The notes under the pieces were generated by a model, which saw only the letters and a list, made by a program, of their open reading frames with translations, had not been told where the DNA came from and ran no database searches. Source: Chiloscyllium plagiosum (Eukaryota). Taken from it: DNA of 64,000 nt. This document shows positions 13,150 through 24,786 of the stretch, piece by piece (positions within the stretch are counted from its first letter, which is position 1; each line of letters starts with the position of its first letter). The stretch lies in contig NC_057758.1 in the NCBI RefSeq assembly GCF_004010195.1, positions 248,784 to 312,783 on the forward strand, written 5' to 3'. Made by a program: the position numbers and the translations under genes.

Positions 13150-13485
13150 AAAATTGCTGGTTTGCGGGTGCAGCAGGTAATTAAGAAGGCAAAATGAGTG
13201 TCGTCCTCCATCCGTAAAGAGATGCAGTTTGGAACAAGGGAGCTATTCTGAAGCTGCCTAGCGTGCTGGAAATGCCACACCTGGAGTCCTGTGTGCAGTT
13301 TTGCCCTCCCTTACTTGAGAAAGGATGTACTTGCAATGGAGGGAGTGCAGAGGAGGTTCATAAAGTTAGTTCCATAGTTGAACGGGTTGGCTTATGAGGA
13401 GAGATTGAGTAGACTGGGATTTCACTCTTTGGAATTCAGGTGAATGAAGAGGGCTCGTACAGATACATAGGAAATGATGAAGGGA
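13150..13485 (+). mobile_element. Old CR1-type fragment
   Basis: PHLESCVQF and EGVQRRF motifs. Confidence 0.75.
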
Positions 13486-14029
13486 ATAAATCAATCCATT
13501 GGCGTCGCTACTCAATGCCACCTTTCCAGCGCTGTTTAGTGCGTGTTCTATTTGCTGTAATATTGCATTCATTTCTTACATTGTTAGGTAATTCATACAA
13601 TAGTCAGCAACACGATTACTACAAGTCAACCTCTCTGACACCACTTACTGTTATTAGTATAGAGTCCAGTTCCCTCAGACAGTGAAGTGTTGAGATTTTT
13701 TTTTAAAATAAAACCCATTTCTAAACGAATAAAAACATTTACTCTTACAGTGCATCTCCGCCTCGCACTCCCTCAAAATTGCTCTACCCCTCTTTAGTTC
13801 CCTTCTGCACTCATGGCATTGAACGAATTCCCTTTATCTCGTCCACTTTCTCCACCCTTCTACTGGATATTTTACAATCGGTGCAATCTCCTTTTTTTTT
13901 AGAAAAAAAACACCTTGTTGCTGTTGACTGAGCTCTCGTTTCCTTTGCTGTGCTGTCAGCATAATGGTCAGAAACGTGGTAGGGTGAGATTTCTTTTTAA
14001 TCTGACAGTTACAACTGCTGGAACAAAAC

Positions 14030-14583
14030 GTTAGCGCGGCCACACTTGGAATATTGCGTACAGTTCCGGTCACCCCATTACAGGAAGGATATGGAAGCAT
14101 TGGAAAAGGTGCAGAGGAGATTTACCAGGACGTTGCCTGGTCTGGAGGGAAGGTCTTACGAGGAAAGGCTGAGAGACTTGGTCTGTTCTCATTGGAAAGA
14201 AGGCGGCTAAGAGGGGATTTGATAGAGACATGCAAGATGATCAGAGGATTAGATAGCGTGGACGGTGAAAGTCTTTTTCCTAGGATGATTACTTTAGCAT
14301 GTACGAGGAGGCATAACTACAAATTGAGGGGTGATCGATTTAAGACAGATGTCAGAAGCAGGTTCTTTACACAGAGTGGTAAGGGCGTGGAATGCCCTAC
14401 CTGCTAATGTAGTCAACTCAGCCACATTAGGGAGATTTAAGCAATCCTTAGAAAAGCACATGGATGATTTTGGGATCGTGTCGGGGGACGAGCTGAGAAT
14501 AGTTCACAGGTCGGCGCAACATCGAGTGCCGAAGGACCTGTTCTGTGCTGTACTGTTCTATGTTCTGTGTTCTATGTTCTATA
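14030..14583 (+). mobile_element. CR1-type LINE 3' end
   Basis: [21 protein letters not shown] and a TTCTATG tail. Confidence 0.9.
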
Positions 14584-14714
14584 ATTAATTAATTAATTTT
14601 GTCCCAAATTATAAACTCAAAAAGCTTCCACACCAGCAAACTAAAACTGCCTGACTAGCCTGCAGTTGCTGGACCTATCTTTACATCTTTTTTGGAACAA
14701 GGGTGTAACAACTT

Positions 14715-14995
14715 GCTATTCTGATGAAGAATCATCTCAACTTGAAACTTTAGCTTGCTTTCTCCCCATGGAAGACAAGCAGGAGGTGGAAGAACACAGC
14801 AGGCTAGGCAGCATCAGGAGGTAAAAAAGTCAATATTTCGGGTGTAACCCTTTGACTTCTCCACTTCCTGATGCTGCCTGGCTTGCTGTGATCTTCCACC
14901 TCCTACTAGTCTACCATGGAGTCCAGCAATGCAGTTTTTTCTCTCTGTAGATGCTGCCTGACATGCTGTGATCTCCAGCACTTTTTGTTTTCAAT
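14715..14995. mobile_element. Nested Penelope-derived pLTR fragments (fold-back at 14770-14945)
   Basis: Inverted CAGCAGGCTAGGCAGCATCAGGAG arms inside a fragment carrying a decayed CTGATGA...GAAAC motif. Confidence 0.55.
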
Positions 14996-15164
14996 TCTGG
15001 TATTACCTCCTTTATGTAAGGAAGATTCAAAAATTAAATCAGTACCTCAGCAATTTTCACTTTCACTACCTGTGGTTGCACCACATTTTAGTGTGGTGAC
15101 TTATCAACTTTAAGGACAGCCAGCATACACAAAGTTTCCTCCTTTAAAACTGTAAAGGGTTCAA

Positions 15165-15551
15165 GGGCAGAGGAGCGGGAAGTGGAGGAGATGTGGTGGA
15201 GAGCATCGTCAACCACGTCTATGGGGAAATTGCAGTCTTTGAAGAAGGAGGCCATCTGGGTTGTTCGGTATTGGAATTGGTCCTCCTGGGAGCAGATGTG
15301 GCGGAGGCGAAGGAATTGGGAATATGGGAGGCATTTTTACAGGGGGCAGGGTGGGAGGAGGTGTAATCTAGGCAGCTGTGGGAGTCGGTTGGTTTATAGT
15401 AGATGTCCGCGTTGAGTCGGTCGCCCGAGATAGAAATGGAGAGGTTAAGGAAGGGGAGGGAGGAGTCTGAGACGGTCCAGGTAAATTTGAGGTCGGGGTG
15501 GAAGGTGTTAGTAACCGCCCCTGGAGGTGCAACAGTTCATCCACTTTACTA
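15165..15551 (-). mobile_element. Penelope-like RT fragment with short 5' inversion
   Basis: Minus strand reads TFHPDLKFTWTVSDSSLPFLNLSISISGDRLNADIYYKPTDSHSCLDYTSSHP; the upstream QQFIHFT piece is flipped to the plus strand at about 15515-15551. Confidence 0.75.
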
Positions 15552-15775
15552 AGGGGGTGGTACGTGTGTGGAATGAGCTGCCAGAGGATGTGGTGGAGGC
15601 TGGTACAATTGCAACATTTAAGAGGCATTTGGATGGGTGTATGAATAGGAAGGGTTTGGAGGGATATGGGATGGGTGCTGGCAGGTTGGGACTAAATTGG
15701 GTTGGGATATCTGGTCGGCATGGACGGGTTGGACCGAAGGGTCTGTTTCCGTGCTGTACATCTCTATGACTCTAA
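15552..15775 (+). mobile_element. CR1-type LINE 3' end
   Basis: VVRVWNELPEDVVEAGTIATFKRHLD followed by the tail. Confidence 0.9.
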
Positions 15776-15996
15776 GTGATTTTATGATGAACGGATCATG
15801 AACATAATTTCGGTCACCACCACAGTGCGCTATAGGATTACCAATCAGTGCATCAAAAGATTTGATTTATATGGTTGTCACATGTACCTGAGTAAGTGAA
15901 AAGTTCTGTTTTGCGAGCAGTTTGGGCAAATCATACTACGCAAAGATCAAACAGAGAGAAGTTGCTCAAACAGCATTTGATTTGAAACTTTTTTTT

Positions 15997-16302
15997 AGAT
16001 TAGATTACTTACAGTGTGGAAACAGGCCCTTCGGCCCAACAAGTCCACATCGACCCGCTGATGCGCAACCAACCCAGACCCATTCCCCCTACACCTAACG
16101 CTACGGGCAATTTAGCACGGCCAATTCACCTAACCTGCACATTTTTGGACTGTGGGAGGAAACCGGAGCACCCGGAGGAAACCCACGCAGACACGGGGAG
16201 AACGTGCAAACTCCACACAGTCAGTCGCCTGAGGCGGGAATTGAACCCGGGTCTCTGGCGCTGCGAGGCAGCAGTGCTAACCACCGTGCCACCGTGCCGC
16301 CC
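15997..16302 (-). mobile_element. HE1/V-SINE-type SINE, full length
   Basis: Reverse complement begins GGGCGGCACGGTGGCACGGTGG, has A and B boxes, and ends in a TAATCTAATC tail. Confidence 0.92.
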
Positions 16303-16318
16303 ACTTTCAGTGGGCATC

Positions 16319-16466
16319 ACTTTCAGTGGGCAATTTCAAGGGAACATAAAAGGAAGATCTTCTTTGAGAACAACCTAAAGGAACCAGCATCTATAGTAGC
16401 TGATCCATTTACTGGGTTTATGTACTGGTCAGACTGGGGTGAGCCAGCCAAGATAGAAAAAAAAAA
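16319..16466 (+). pseudogene. VLDLR: Processed fragment of a VLDLR-like (LDL-receptor family, YWTD repeat) mRNA
   Basis: Encodes [38 protein letters not shown], compared with recalled [43 protein letters not shown]. It is frameshifted upstream and ends in A10. Confidence 0.8.
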
Positions 16467-16744
16467 CTTGAGAATCCATCCAGAGGTCTGACAGCAGTTG
16501 AGATGTTCTCGAAACTGTGGCGCGTTTTCTGCCCGAGGGAAGAGATTGAAAGACAGTATAACTGGGGTGGGAGGGGTCTTAGATGACGATTGAGGTGCCA
16601 TCCCAAGGCAGCAGACTCAGTGGATGAAAGGTTGGCTTTTGCAATGGCCTGGGCTGCATTCACAACTCTCTGTCGTTTCTTACACTCCTGGGCAGAGCCA
16701 TACCAATCTGAGACATACCCGAATAGAGTAGAATTTTTTTTTTT

Positions 16745-17062
16745 TGAGATTCGATTCCCTACGGTGTGGAAACAGGCCCTTCAGCCCAACCAGTCCACAC
16801 CGAACCTCCGAAGAGTGACCCACCCAGACCCATTTCCCTCTGACTAATGCACCTAACACTACGGGCAATTTAGCGCGGCCAATTCACCTGACCCGCGCAT
16901 CTTTGGACGGTGGGAGGAAACCGGAGCACCCGGAGGAAACCTACGCAGACACGGGGAGGATGCGCAAACACCACACAGGCAGTCGCCCAAGGCTGGGGTC
17001 GAACCTGGGACCCTGGTGCTGTGAGGCAGCAGTGCTAACCACTGAGCCATCACGCCACGCCA
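16745..17062 (-). mobile_element. HE1/V-SINE-type SINE
   Basis: tRNA-like head at about 17060 and CR1-like tail at about 16750. Confidence 0.88.
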
Positions 17063-17289
17063 CATGCTCGGCAGAGGCGCAGTTGTGCATTCTTACCGGG
17101 ACAGGTTGTCAGCATCAGAAACCTATCCTCAAAAGTAATCACTCAGCACCCAATGAGCCTCTGGTGAGTTGCATTAGCAAGAGATCGAGTAGTGATCTCA
17201 GGCCTGTGTTTGATTACCGGATCTCGGGGGGGAGCAGTAAGGATCTAAAGATTGGCTTCAGGTCAGAGGAATAGATTCCTTAATCAAAG

Positions 17290-17470
17290 GAGACAGTGAG
17301 ATCTGCAGATGCTGGAAATCCGAGTTGAGAGTGCTGGAAAAGCACAGCAGGTCAGGCAGCATTCAAAGAGCAGGAAAATAGACGTCTCAGGGCTCTGGCC
17401 CGAAATGTTGGCTTTCCTGCTCCTCGGGTGCTGCCTGACCTGTTGTGCTTTTCCAACAACACACTCTCAA
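17290..17470. mobile_element. Fold-back Penelope-derived element
   Basis: Inverted arms GGAAAAGCACAGCAGGTCAGGCAGCA and TGCTGCCTGACCTGTTGTGCTTTTCC. Confidence 0.7.
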
Positions 17471-17539
17471 TGTATGAATCAAAGGGTTAATGACAGGTTT
17501 GACTGTGAAACCTCATTAGATCGATAGCTCACTAACCTT

Positions 17540-18255
17540 TGTTATGAAAGGTGTGGAGGAGTGCTGAGAGACTTTAAGAGAGTTGAAGGAGTGAGCAAGC
17601 TCACACAGTACTGGATAATTTGAAATACATCATTTGGTCGAACAGCTAGATTAGCTGGGTTGCCTGGAGACAAAAACAAACGCGAATTCGGCCAATCAGG
17701 TTAAATTATACCCCAAGATATCAAAGTCCAATCAAGTTTGAATTCGGTAATTTAACAATATCAAAACCAATGAAATGACCCGATGTTTTGGGGGTATAAA
17801 ACCGGGGGAGAAAAATTGAACGGTTGAGGGAGAACTGCCAACATATGCAAACAGCTCACTGAATAACTCTCTTAAAGGTACCTTTATCTATCAATGACTT
17901 GTGAAACAGAAGTCCCTAAGAAGGAGAAAGGAAGACAGAGGAAGATACACAGTGATGATTCGACAGCTGGCTGGTTTTGGAAATTTGATTTTGTTTTTGG
18001 TAAATCTTAATGGGGGGGTATATCAGACCAGTATTGCAGAAGGAGAAGGTAAAATATAGGTTAGAGAAAGGACTGGTAAATATTTGTTAGTTAATTATTT
18101 TCAGTTAGACTTTCTTATTCATTTTTACTTCAAATATTGACTTCTGGGATAGTTCTTGGCCTCTCGAATTTTCACAGATGACCGCACGTGGTAAATCTTT
18201 TCTGTGCTGTGGATTTAAATTAGCGGGGGGAGGGGACTTACCCAGTGTAGTAACA
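17540..18255 (+). mobile_element. Solo LTR
   Basis: Termini TGTTATGA...TAGTAACA, flanks CCTT/CATT, and three CCAAT boxes upstream of GGGGTATAAAA at about 17790-17801. Confidence 0.7.
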
Positions 18256-18419
18256 CATTCACCATCGAAACTGACAGAGAGTGACCGCCTTATTTAAAAA
18301 TGTTTCCAACAACAAAAGCACACAACCAATAAAATTAACGCTTGAGAAAGGACCGCTTGGAAAAATCAGATTCCATTATTCTGATGCACTAGCCTTAACA
18401 TCAAAGCATCTAGATTACT

Positions 18420-19235
18420 AGAATCATAGAGTTACAGGGTTGCACAATATGGAAACAGACCCTTCAGTCCAGCTCATCCATGATGAACAGATATCCTAAA
18501 TTAATCTAGTCCCTAGTTTGTGCGAAGATTTGTAGCTCGGGTGCTCGTTGTTGTGGTTCTGTTCGCCGAGCTGGAAGTTTTTGTTGCAAACGTTTCGTCC
18601 CCTGGCTAGGCGACATCATCAGTGCTTGGGATTTGCCAGCTCTTGGCTCATACCCCTCTAAACTATTTATGACCCATCCAGATGCCTTTGAAACGTTGTC
18701 ATTGTACCAGCCTCCATTACTTCCTCTGGCGGCTTATTCCATACACGCACCATCCTCTGCATGAAAACGTTACACCTCAGCTCCCTTTTAACCCTTTCCC
18801 CTTCTCACCGTAAACCTATGCCCCTCTATTTCTGAACACCACCCATCTGAGGAAACGACCTTGTCTATTTCATCCTACCCATGTCCCTCATGATTTTACA
18901 AACCTTCATAAGGTCATCCCTCAACCTCTGACGCTCCAGGGAAAAGGCCTCCGTCTATTCGGCCTCTCCTCACAGCTCAAAACCTTCAGACCTGGCAACA
19001 TCCTTCTCAATCTTTTCTGAACCTTTTCCAGTTTCGCGACATTTTTCCTGTAGCAGGGAGACCAGAATTGAACGCAGCATTCCAAATGTGGCCTAACCAA
19101 TGTCCCAACTTGACCTCCCAGCTCCAATACTCAACACACTGAATAATAAAGGCAAGCATACCAAACGCCTTCTTCACCACCCCATCTACCTGCGATTTCA
19201 CTTTCAAGGAACAGTGAACCTGCATTCCAAGGTCA
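18420..19235 (-). mobile_element. CR1-type LINE 3' part with a Penelope pLTR fragment at about 18515-18630
   Basis: LVRPHLECCVQFWSP motif; the inserted pLTR has GCA-CTGATGA-TGTCGCC..GGGGAC-GAAAC-GTT-TGC on the minus strand. Confidence 0.85.
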
Positions 19236-21944
19236 TTTCATCCCATTCTGAATAACCTCAAAGATTTTTTCTCTATTACTTGAAAGATTACTCCAAACAT
19301 CTTTCCCTTAACCTTAGAAAGTAATTTCTTTCTAATTTCTGCCCAATTCACTTCTCACTTAATGACGACTTAGGCACATTTAACAACTAGCATTTATGTA
19401 ACTTTCTCAACTAACCTGAAAGATGGCGTCGGAGAAGGACCATCGAAAAATTCCAATGGACCCAAACACCTTCCCAATATAGATAATCCCACTGGTGACA
19501 AAGCAAATCCGTTTCAAAATGGTCTGTATGCAATTCCAAAAGATCCAAACTGTTCCCATTCACACCTTCGTACAATTCCAATGGGCACAAACCTCGTGAT
19601 TGTAATGGTCCACACTCCTGTACCCTTCACTCCCAATGACCCAACCCATTTCCATTACACTCTCCCTCTACATAACCCCAACGAAGTCACTTTGCCTTCA
19701 CTCTCAGTGTGTACAATCCCAATTGACACTGACCCCCTTCCCCAATTCTCTCCCGCTCTGCACAATCGCAAAGGCCACAAAGATATCCCATTCAACACAA
19801 ATCAACACAACACCAATCGAACCCAAACACATTCTACTCTGCACCATCCGAAGGGACCCAAACTTCTTCCCAATCGCTCCAACTCTGCACAATCACAATG
19901 GCCCCAAACAGCTTCCCATTCATTACCAATTCACAGAATCCCAATGGCCCCAAACATGTTCCCATTCAGTACCAATCGACATAATCCCGATGGACCCACA
20001 TTCCTTCCCATTCATTACCACTCTGCAAAATCTCAATGGACCCAAAACACTGCCCATTCATTACCAATCTGCACAGTCCCGATGGTCCCAATCCACATGC
20101 ACTACCACTCTACAGTCCCAGTGGACCCCAACCACTTCATATTCACCTCCAGACAACACAATCCCAATCAACTGCAAACGTCTTCCAGTTCACTCCCACT
20201 CTTGTCAGTTGAACCCAAAACCGTTCCAATTATGCTCCCACTCTACGCAATCCAAAGGGACCAAACCCCATCTCCTTCACTCTCATTCTACACAATAAAA
20301 ATCAACCCAATACTTTCCCATTCACTTCCACTCTGCCCAACCCCAATGGACCAAAACCTCTTCCTCTTCACTCCCTTTCTGCTCAATACCAATAGACTCA
20401 AATCTATTCCCAGTAATTCCCACTGTACATACTCCCAATGGAGCCAAACCCCTTCCCCTTTGCTCCCACTATAGACAGTTCCAATCGATCTAAACCCCTT
20501 ACCGCTCACTCCAACTCTACACCATCAAAGTAAACCATTCTACAAATACACAATGGTCAGTAGACCTATCTCGTTCACGCTTACCCTACACAATCCCAAT
20601 TGACCCAAACCCCTCCCTGTTCACTCCCACTGTACATAATCCCAAGTACTCCCAATCGCCACGATCCTCGTGGACCTAACGTTTTCCCAATCACTACACA
20701 GTCACCCTAAACATAATTCCAGTTGATCCAATCCACTTCCCATGCAGGTTTCCACTACACAATCCCAAAGGGCCCAGCTTTGATCCCATTCTCTCATCCC
20801 ACCCATTAAATCGCATTCCCGTTGATGCTCCCCCTACCCGTTTGTTCATTTGCTCAGTTCGTGAGTGACTTTCGCCTGTATTGGAGGAGGCAGGATATCG
20901 AACAATTGACGGAAATCATCATTCTGTCATGGGGAGGATGGACAGGAAAGAGTCGAGAAAGCTGTTGTCTAAAAGGCATAAGTATTGCCAATTCATCCTC
21001 ATTTTGCACAATCCCAATTCACTCAAACGGCTTCCCTTTTACTGTCACTCGACACACTCCCAAAGAACTCCTAGCTCCTTCCCATTCACTACAATTCTAC
21101 GCAACCCCATGTACTCAAACCACTTACCATTCAGTCCCGATCCACACAGTTCCAATGGGCCCAAATACTTTCCCATTCTCTCCCGCTCTACACAATCCAA
21201 ATGGACCCAAATGCCTTCTCGTTCACGCCAACTCTATGCAATCCCAGTTGACCCAAACCCCATCCCATTCACTACCATTCTACACAATCCCAATGGATAC
21301 AAACCCACTTCCCATTCAGCTCTGATCTGCACACTTCCAAAGGAAACAAACACTCTCCCACTCTGCATAATCCCAATGGATCCAGCCCCCTTCCTGTTCA
21401 CTCCCACTCTACATAATCCCGATGGACACTAAACCCCTTCCCAATCTGCACACTCCAACGAACCCCAGACCCCTTCCTATTCATTAACGCGCTGTATAAT
21501 CCCAGTGGATATATCTTCGCATTCATTCCTAAACTACACAATCCCAATCAACCACAAAACACTTCCACTTTACTCCCACTCTTTATCAGTGCCAATGAAA
21601 CCCCAAATCATTCGCATTCACTCCTCCTCTATACAATTGCAACTGAACACAAATCCTTGTCCATTCACTCCCCCACTTTACACAATGTGAATGAATCCAA
21701 ATACCTTACTGTTCATTCCCACTCAATACAAGACCCAATCGACCCAAAACACTGCCCATCCATTCCAACTCTGAAGAATCCCATTGGGCACATACCACTT
21801 GCCATTCGCTCCCACTCTACACAATCTGAATGGACATAAAAGCTTCTCATTAACTTTCATTCTCACACAAGCCCTTCCTGTTCACTCCCACTCTACGTGA
21901 TCCAAATGGATGCCAAATTTCTTCCTATTCACTCTCACTGTATA

Positions 21945-23672
21945 CAAACTCAAAGGACCTGATAGGATACCTTGTGAGCAGGATGGACTATGTGTGGAAC
22001 TGCAGGACATGGGGGAGATACTGAACGAGTATTTTGCATCGGTGTTTGCTGTGGAGAAGGACATGGAAGATATAGTCTGTGGAGAAATAGATGGTGACAT
22101 CTTGAAAATGTGCCTATTACAGAGGAGGAGCTGTTGGATGTCTTGAAATGCATAAAGGTGGGTAAATCCCCAGGGCCTGATCAAGTGTGTCCTAGAACTC
22201 TGTGGGAAGCTAGGGACGTGATTGCTGGGCGCCTTGCTGAGATAATTGTATCATCGATAGTCACAGCTGAGATGCTGGAAGACTGGAGATTGGCTAACAT
22301 GGTACCACTATTTAAGAAAGGACTTTCCAGGGAAATATAGACCAGTGAGCCTGACATCGGTGGTGGGCAAGTTATTGGAGGGAATCCTGAGGGACAGGAT
22401 GTACATGCATTTGGAAAGGCAAGGACTGATTAGGGATAGTCAGCATGGATTTGTGCGTGGGAAATCATGTCTCACAAACTTGATTGAGTTTTGGGAAGAA
22501 GTAACAAAGAGGATTGATGAGGGCAGAGCGGTAGATGTGATCTACATGGACTTCAGTAAGGCATTCGACAAGGTTCCCCATGGGAAACTGATGAGCAAGG
22601 TTAGATCTCATGGAATACAGGGAGAACTAGCCATTTGGATACAGAACTGGCTCAAAGGTAGAAGACAGAGGGTGGTGGTGGAGGGTTGTTTTTCAGACTG
22701 GAGGCCTGTGACCAGTGGAGTGCCACAAGGATCGATGCTGGGTCCACTACCTTTCGTCATTTATACAAATTATTTGGATGTGACCATAGGAGGCATAATT
22801 AGTAAGTTTGCAGATGACACCAGGAATGGAGTTATACTGATCAGCTAAGAGGGTTACCTCAGATTACAACAGGATCTTGATCAGATAGTGCCAATGGACT
22901 GAGAAGTGGCAGATGGAGTTTAATTCAGATAAATGTGAGGTGCTGCATTTTAGGAAAGCAAATCTTAGCAGGACTTATACACTTAATGGTAAGGTCCTGG
23001 GGAGTGTTGCTGAGCAAAGAGACCTTGGACTGCAGGTTAATAGCTCCTTGAAAGTAGAGTCACAGGTAGATAGAATAGTGAAGAAGGTGTTTAGTATGCT
23101 TTCCTTTATTGGTCAGAGCATTGAGTATACGAGTTGGAAGGCCATATTGCAGCTGTACAGGACATTGGTTAGGCTACTTTTGGAATATTCCTGGTCTTGG
23201 AAGGACGCTGTGAAACTTGAAAAGATTCAGAAAATATTTACAAGGATGTTGCCAATGTTGGACAATCTGAGTTATAGGGAAAGATTGAATAGGCTGGGGC
23301 TGTTTTCCCTGGAGCGTCGGAGGCTGAGGGGTGACCCTAGAGCAGTTTATAAAATCATGAGGGGCATGGATAGGGTAAATAGAGAAGGTATTTTCCCTGG
23401 GGTGGGGGAATCCAGAACTAGACAGCAAAGGTTTAGGGAGAGAGGGTAATGATATAAAAGAGTCCTAAGGGGCAATGTTTTCACGCAGAGAGTGGTACAT
23501 GTATGTAGAATGAGCTGCCAGAGAAAATGATGGAGGCTGGCACAATTATGTCTTTTAAAAGGCAGAGGGATACAGCCAAGTGCTGACAAATGGGACCAGA
23601 TTAGGTCAGGATATCTGGTCGGCATGGTCAAGAAGGGTCTGTTTCCATCCTGTGCATCTCTGTGACTGTCTG
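21945..23672 (+). mobile_element. CR1-type LINE with frameshifted RT
   Basis: KSPGPD, QHGFVRGKSCLTNL, YMDFSKAFDKVPH, GVPQGS and KFADDT motifs across frameshifted ORFs, followed by the tail. Confidence 0.95.
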
Positions 23673-23976
23673 ATACCGCCACTCTGCACAATTCCAGTGG
23701 ATACAAATTCCTTCCTATTCGCTCCTGCTCTACACAATCCCCGACGAGCCTAAACCTATTCCCATTCACTCTTCGCAATGCCGAAAGGACCCCATAAGCT
23801 GTCCCGTTCATTCCCTCTCTGCACAATGCCAATGGGCACATATCCTTTCGCTTTCATTCTTACTCGACTCAATCCCCATGGAGCCCAAAGCACTTTCTGC
23901 TCACTCCCCGCTCTACACAATTCTGATGGATCAAAACCAATTCCCATTCAGTCCCGATCTACACAATCCCAATGGA

Positions 23977-24234
23977 GCTGAAAATGTGTTGCTGGAAAAG
24001 CGCAGCAGGTCAGTCAGCATCCAAGGAACAGGAGAATCGACGTTTCGGGCATAAGCCCTTCTTCAGGAAGGGCATAAGCCCTTCTTCAGGAAAAAGGGCT
24101 TATGCCCTTCCTGAAGAAGGGCTTATGCCCGAAACGTCGATTCTCCTGTTCCCTGGATGCTGCCTGACCTGCTGCGCTTTTCCGGCAACACATTTTCAGC
24201 TCTGATCTCCAGCATCTGCAGACCTCACTTTCTC
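23977..24234. mobile_element. Fold-back Penelope-derived element with hammerhead motifs
   Basis: Near-perfect inverted arms; TSD CACAATCCCAATGGA (23962-23976 and 24235-24249); CTGAAGA-AGGGC ttat GCCC-GAAAC-GTC at 24111-24138 and in antisense at about 24038-24066. Confidence 0.8.
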
Positions 24235-24495
24235 CACAATCCCAATGGACCCAAAGCCCGCCCCGCTCACTGACACTCTGCACAGTACCAAACCACTTCC
24301 CGTTCACTCCCGCTCTGGATTATCCCAAAGGATCTAAACATGCTCCACACACCACTCACACTCTGAACAATCCCACTGGGGAAAAACACGTTCCGACTTA
24401 TTGCATTTCTATGCAATTCCAATGGGGAGCCGGGCGACCTAACCATGCTGCGTGATCAGAAGGGATCAAAATCCCTTCCTGTTCACACCCACTCT

Positions 24496-24786
24496 AGTTA
24501 GCACTGCTGCCTCACAGCGCCAGAGACCCGGGTTCAATTCCCGACTCAGGCGACTGACTGTGTGGAGTTTGCACATTCTCCCCGTGTCTGCGTGGGTTTC
24601 CTCCGGGTACTCCGGTTTCCTCCCACAGTCCAAAGATGTGCAGGTGAGGTGAATTGACCATGCTAAATTGCCCGTAGTGTTAGGAAAAGGCGTAAATATA
24701 GGGGAATGGGTGGGTTGCGCTTTGGCGGGTCGGTGTGGACTTGTTGGGCCGAAGGGCCTGTTTCCACACTGTAAGTAATCTAATCA
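24496..24786 (+). mobile_element. HE1/V-SINE-type SINE (slightly 5'-truncated)
   Basis: B box, body and GTAAGTAATCTAATC tail. Confidence 0.9.

Larger units (their letters stand above)
15860..16730 (-). mobile_element. Degraded LINE 3' region (possibly Rex1/Babar-like) hosting the SINE and VLDLR fragment
   Basis: TTTGATTTAT..TTGTCACATGTACC..GTGAAAAG tail and downstream sequence resemble shark Rex1-type 3' ends; this rests on recall only. Confidence 0.35.

Noticed and set aside
16204..16491. Functional VLDLR exon
   Set aside because: The ORF is a SINE-antisense chimera with upstream frameshifts, an A-run end, no fitting splice sites, and it spans an expected intron position.
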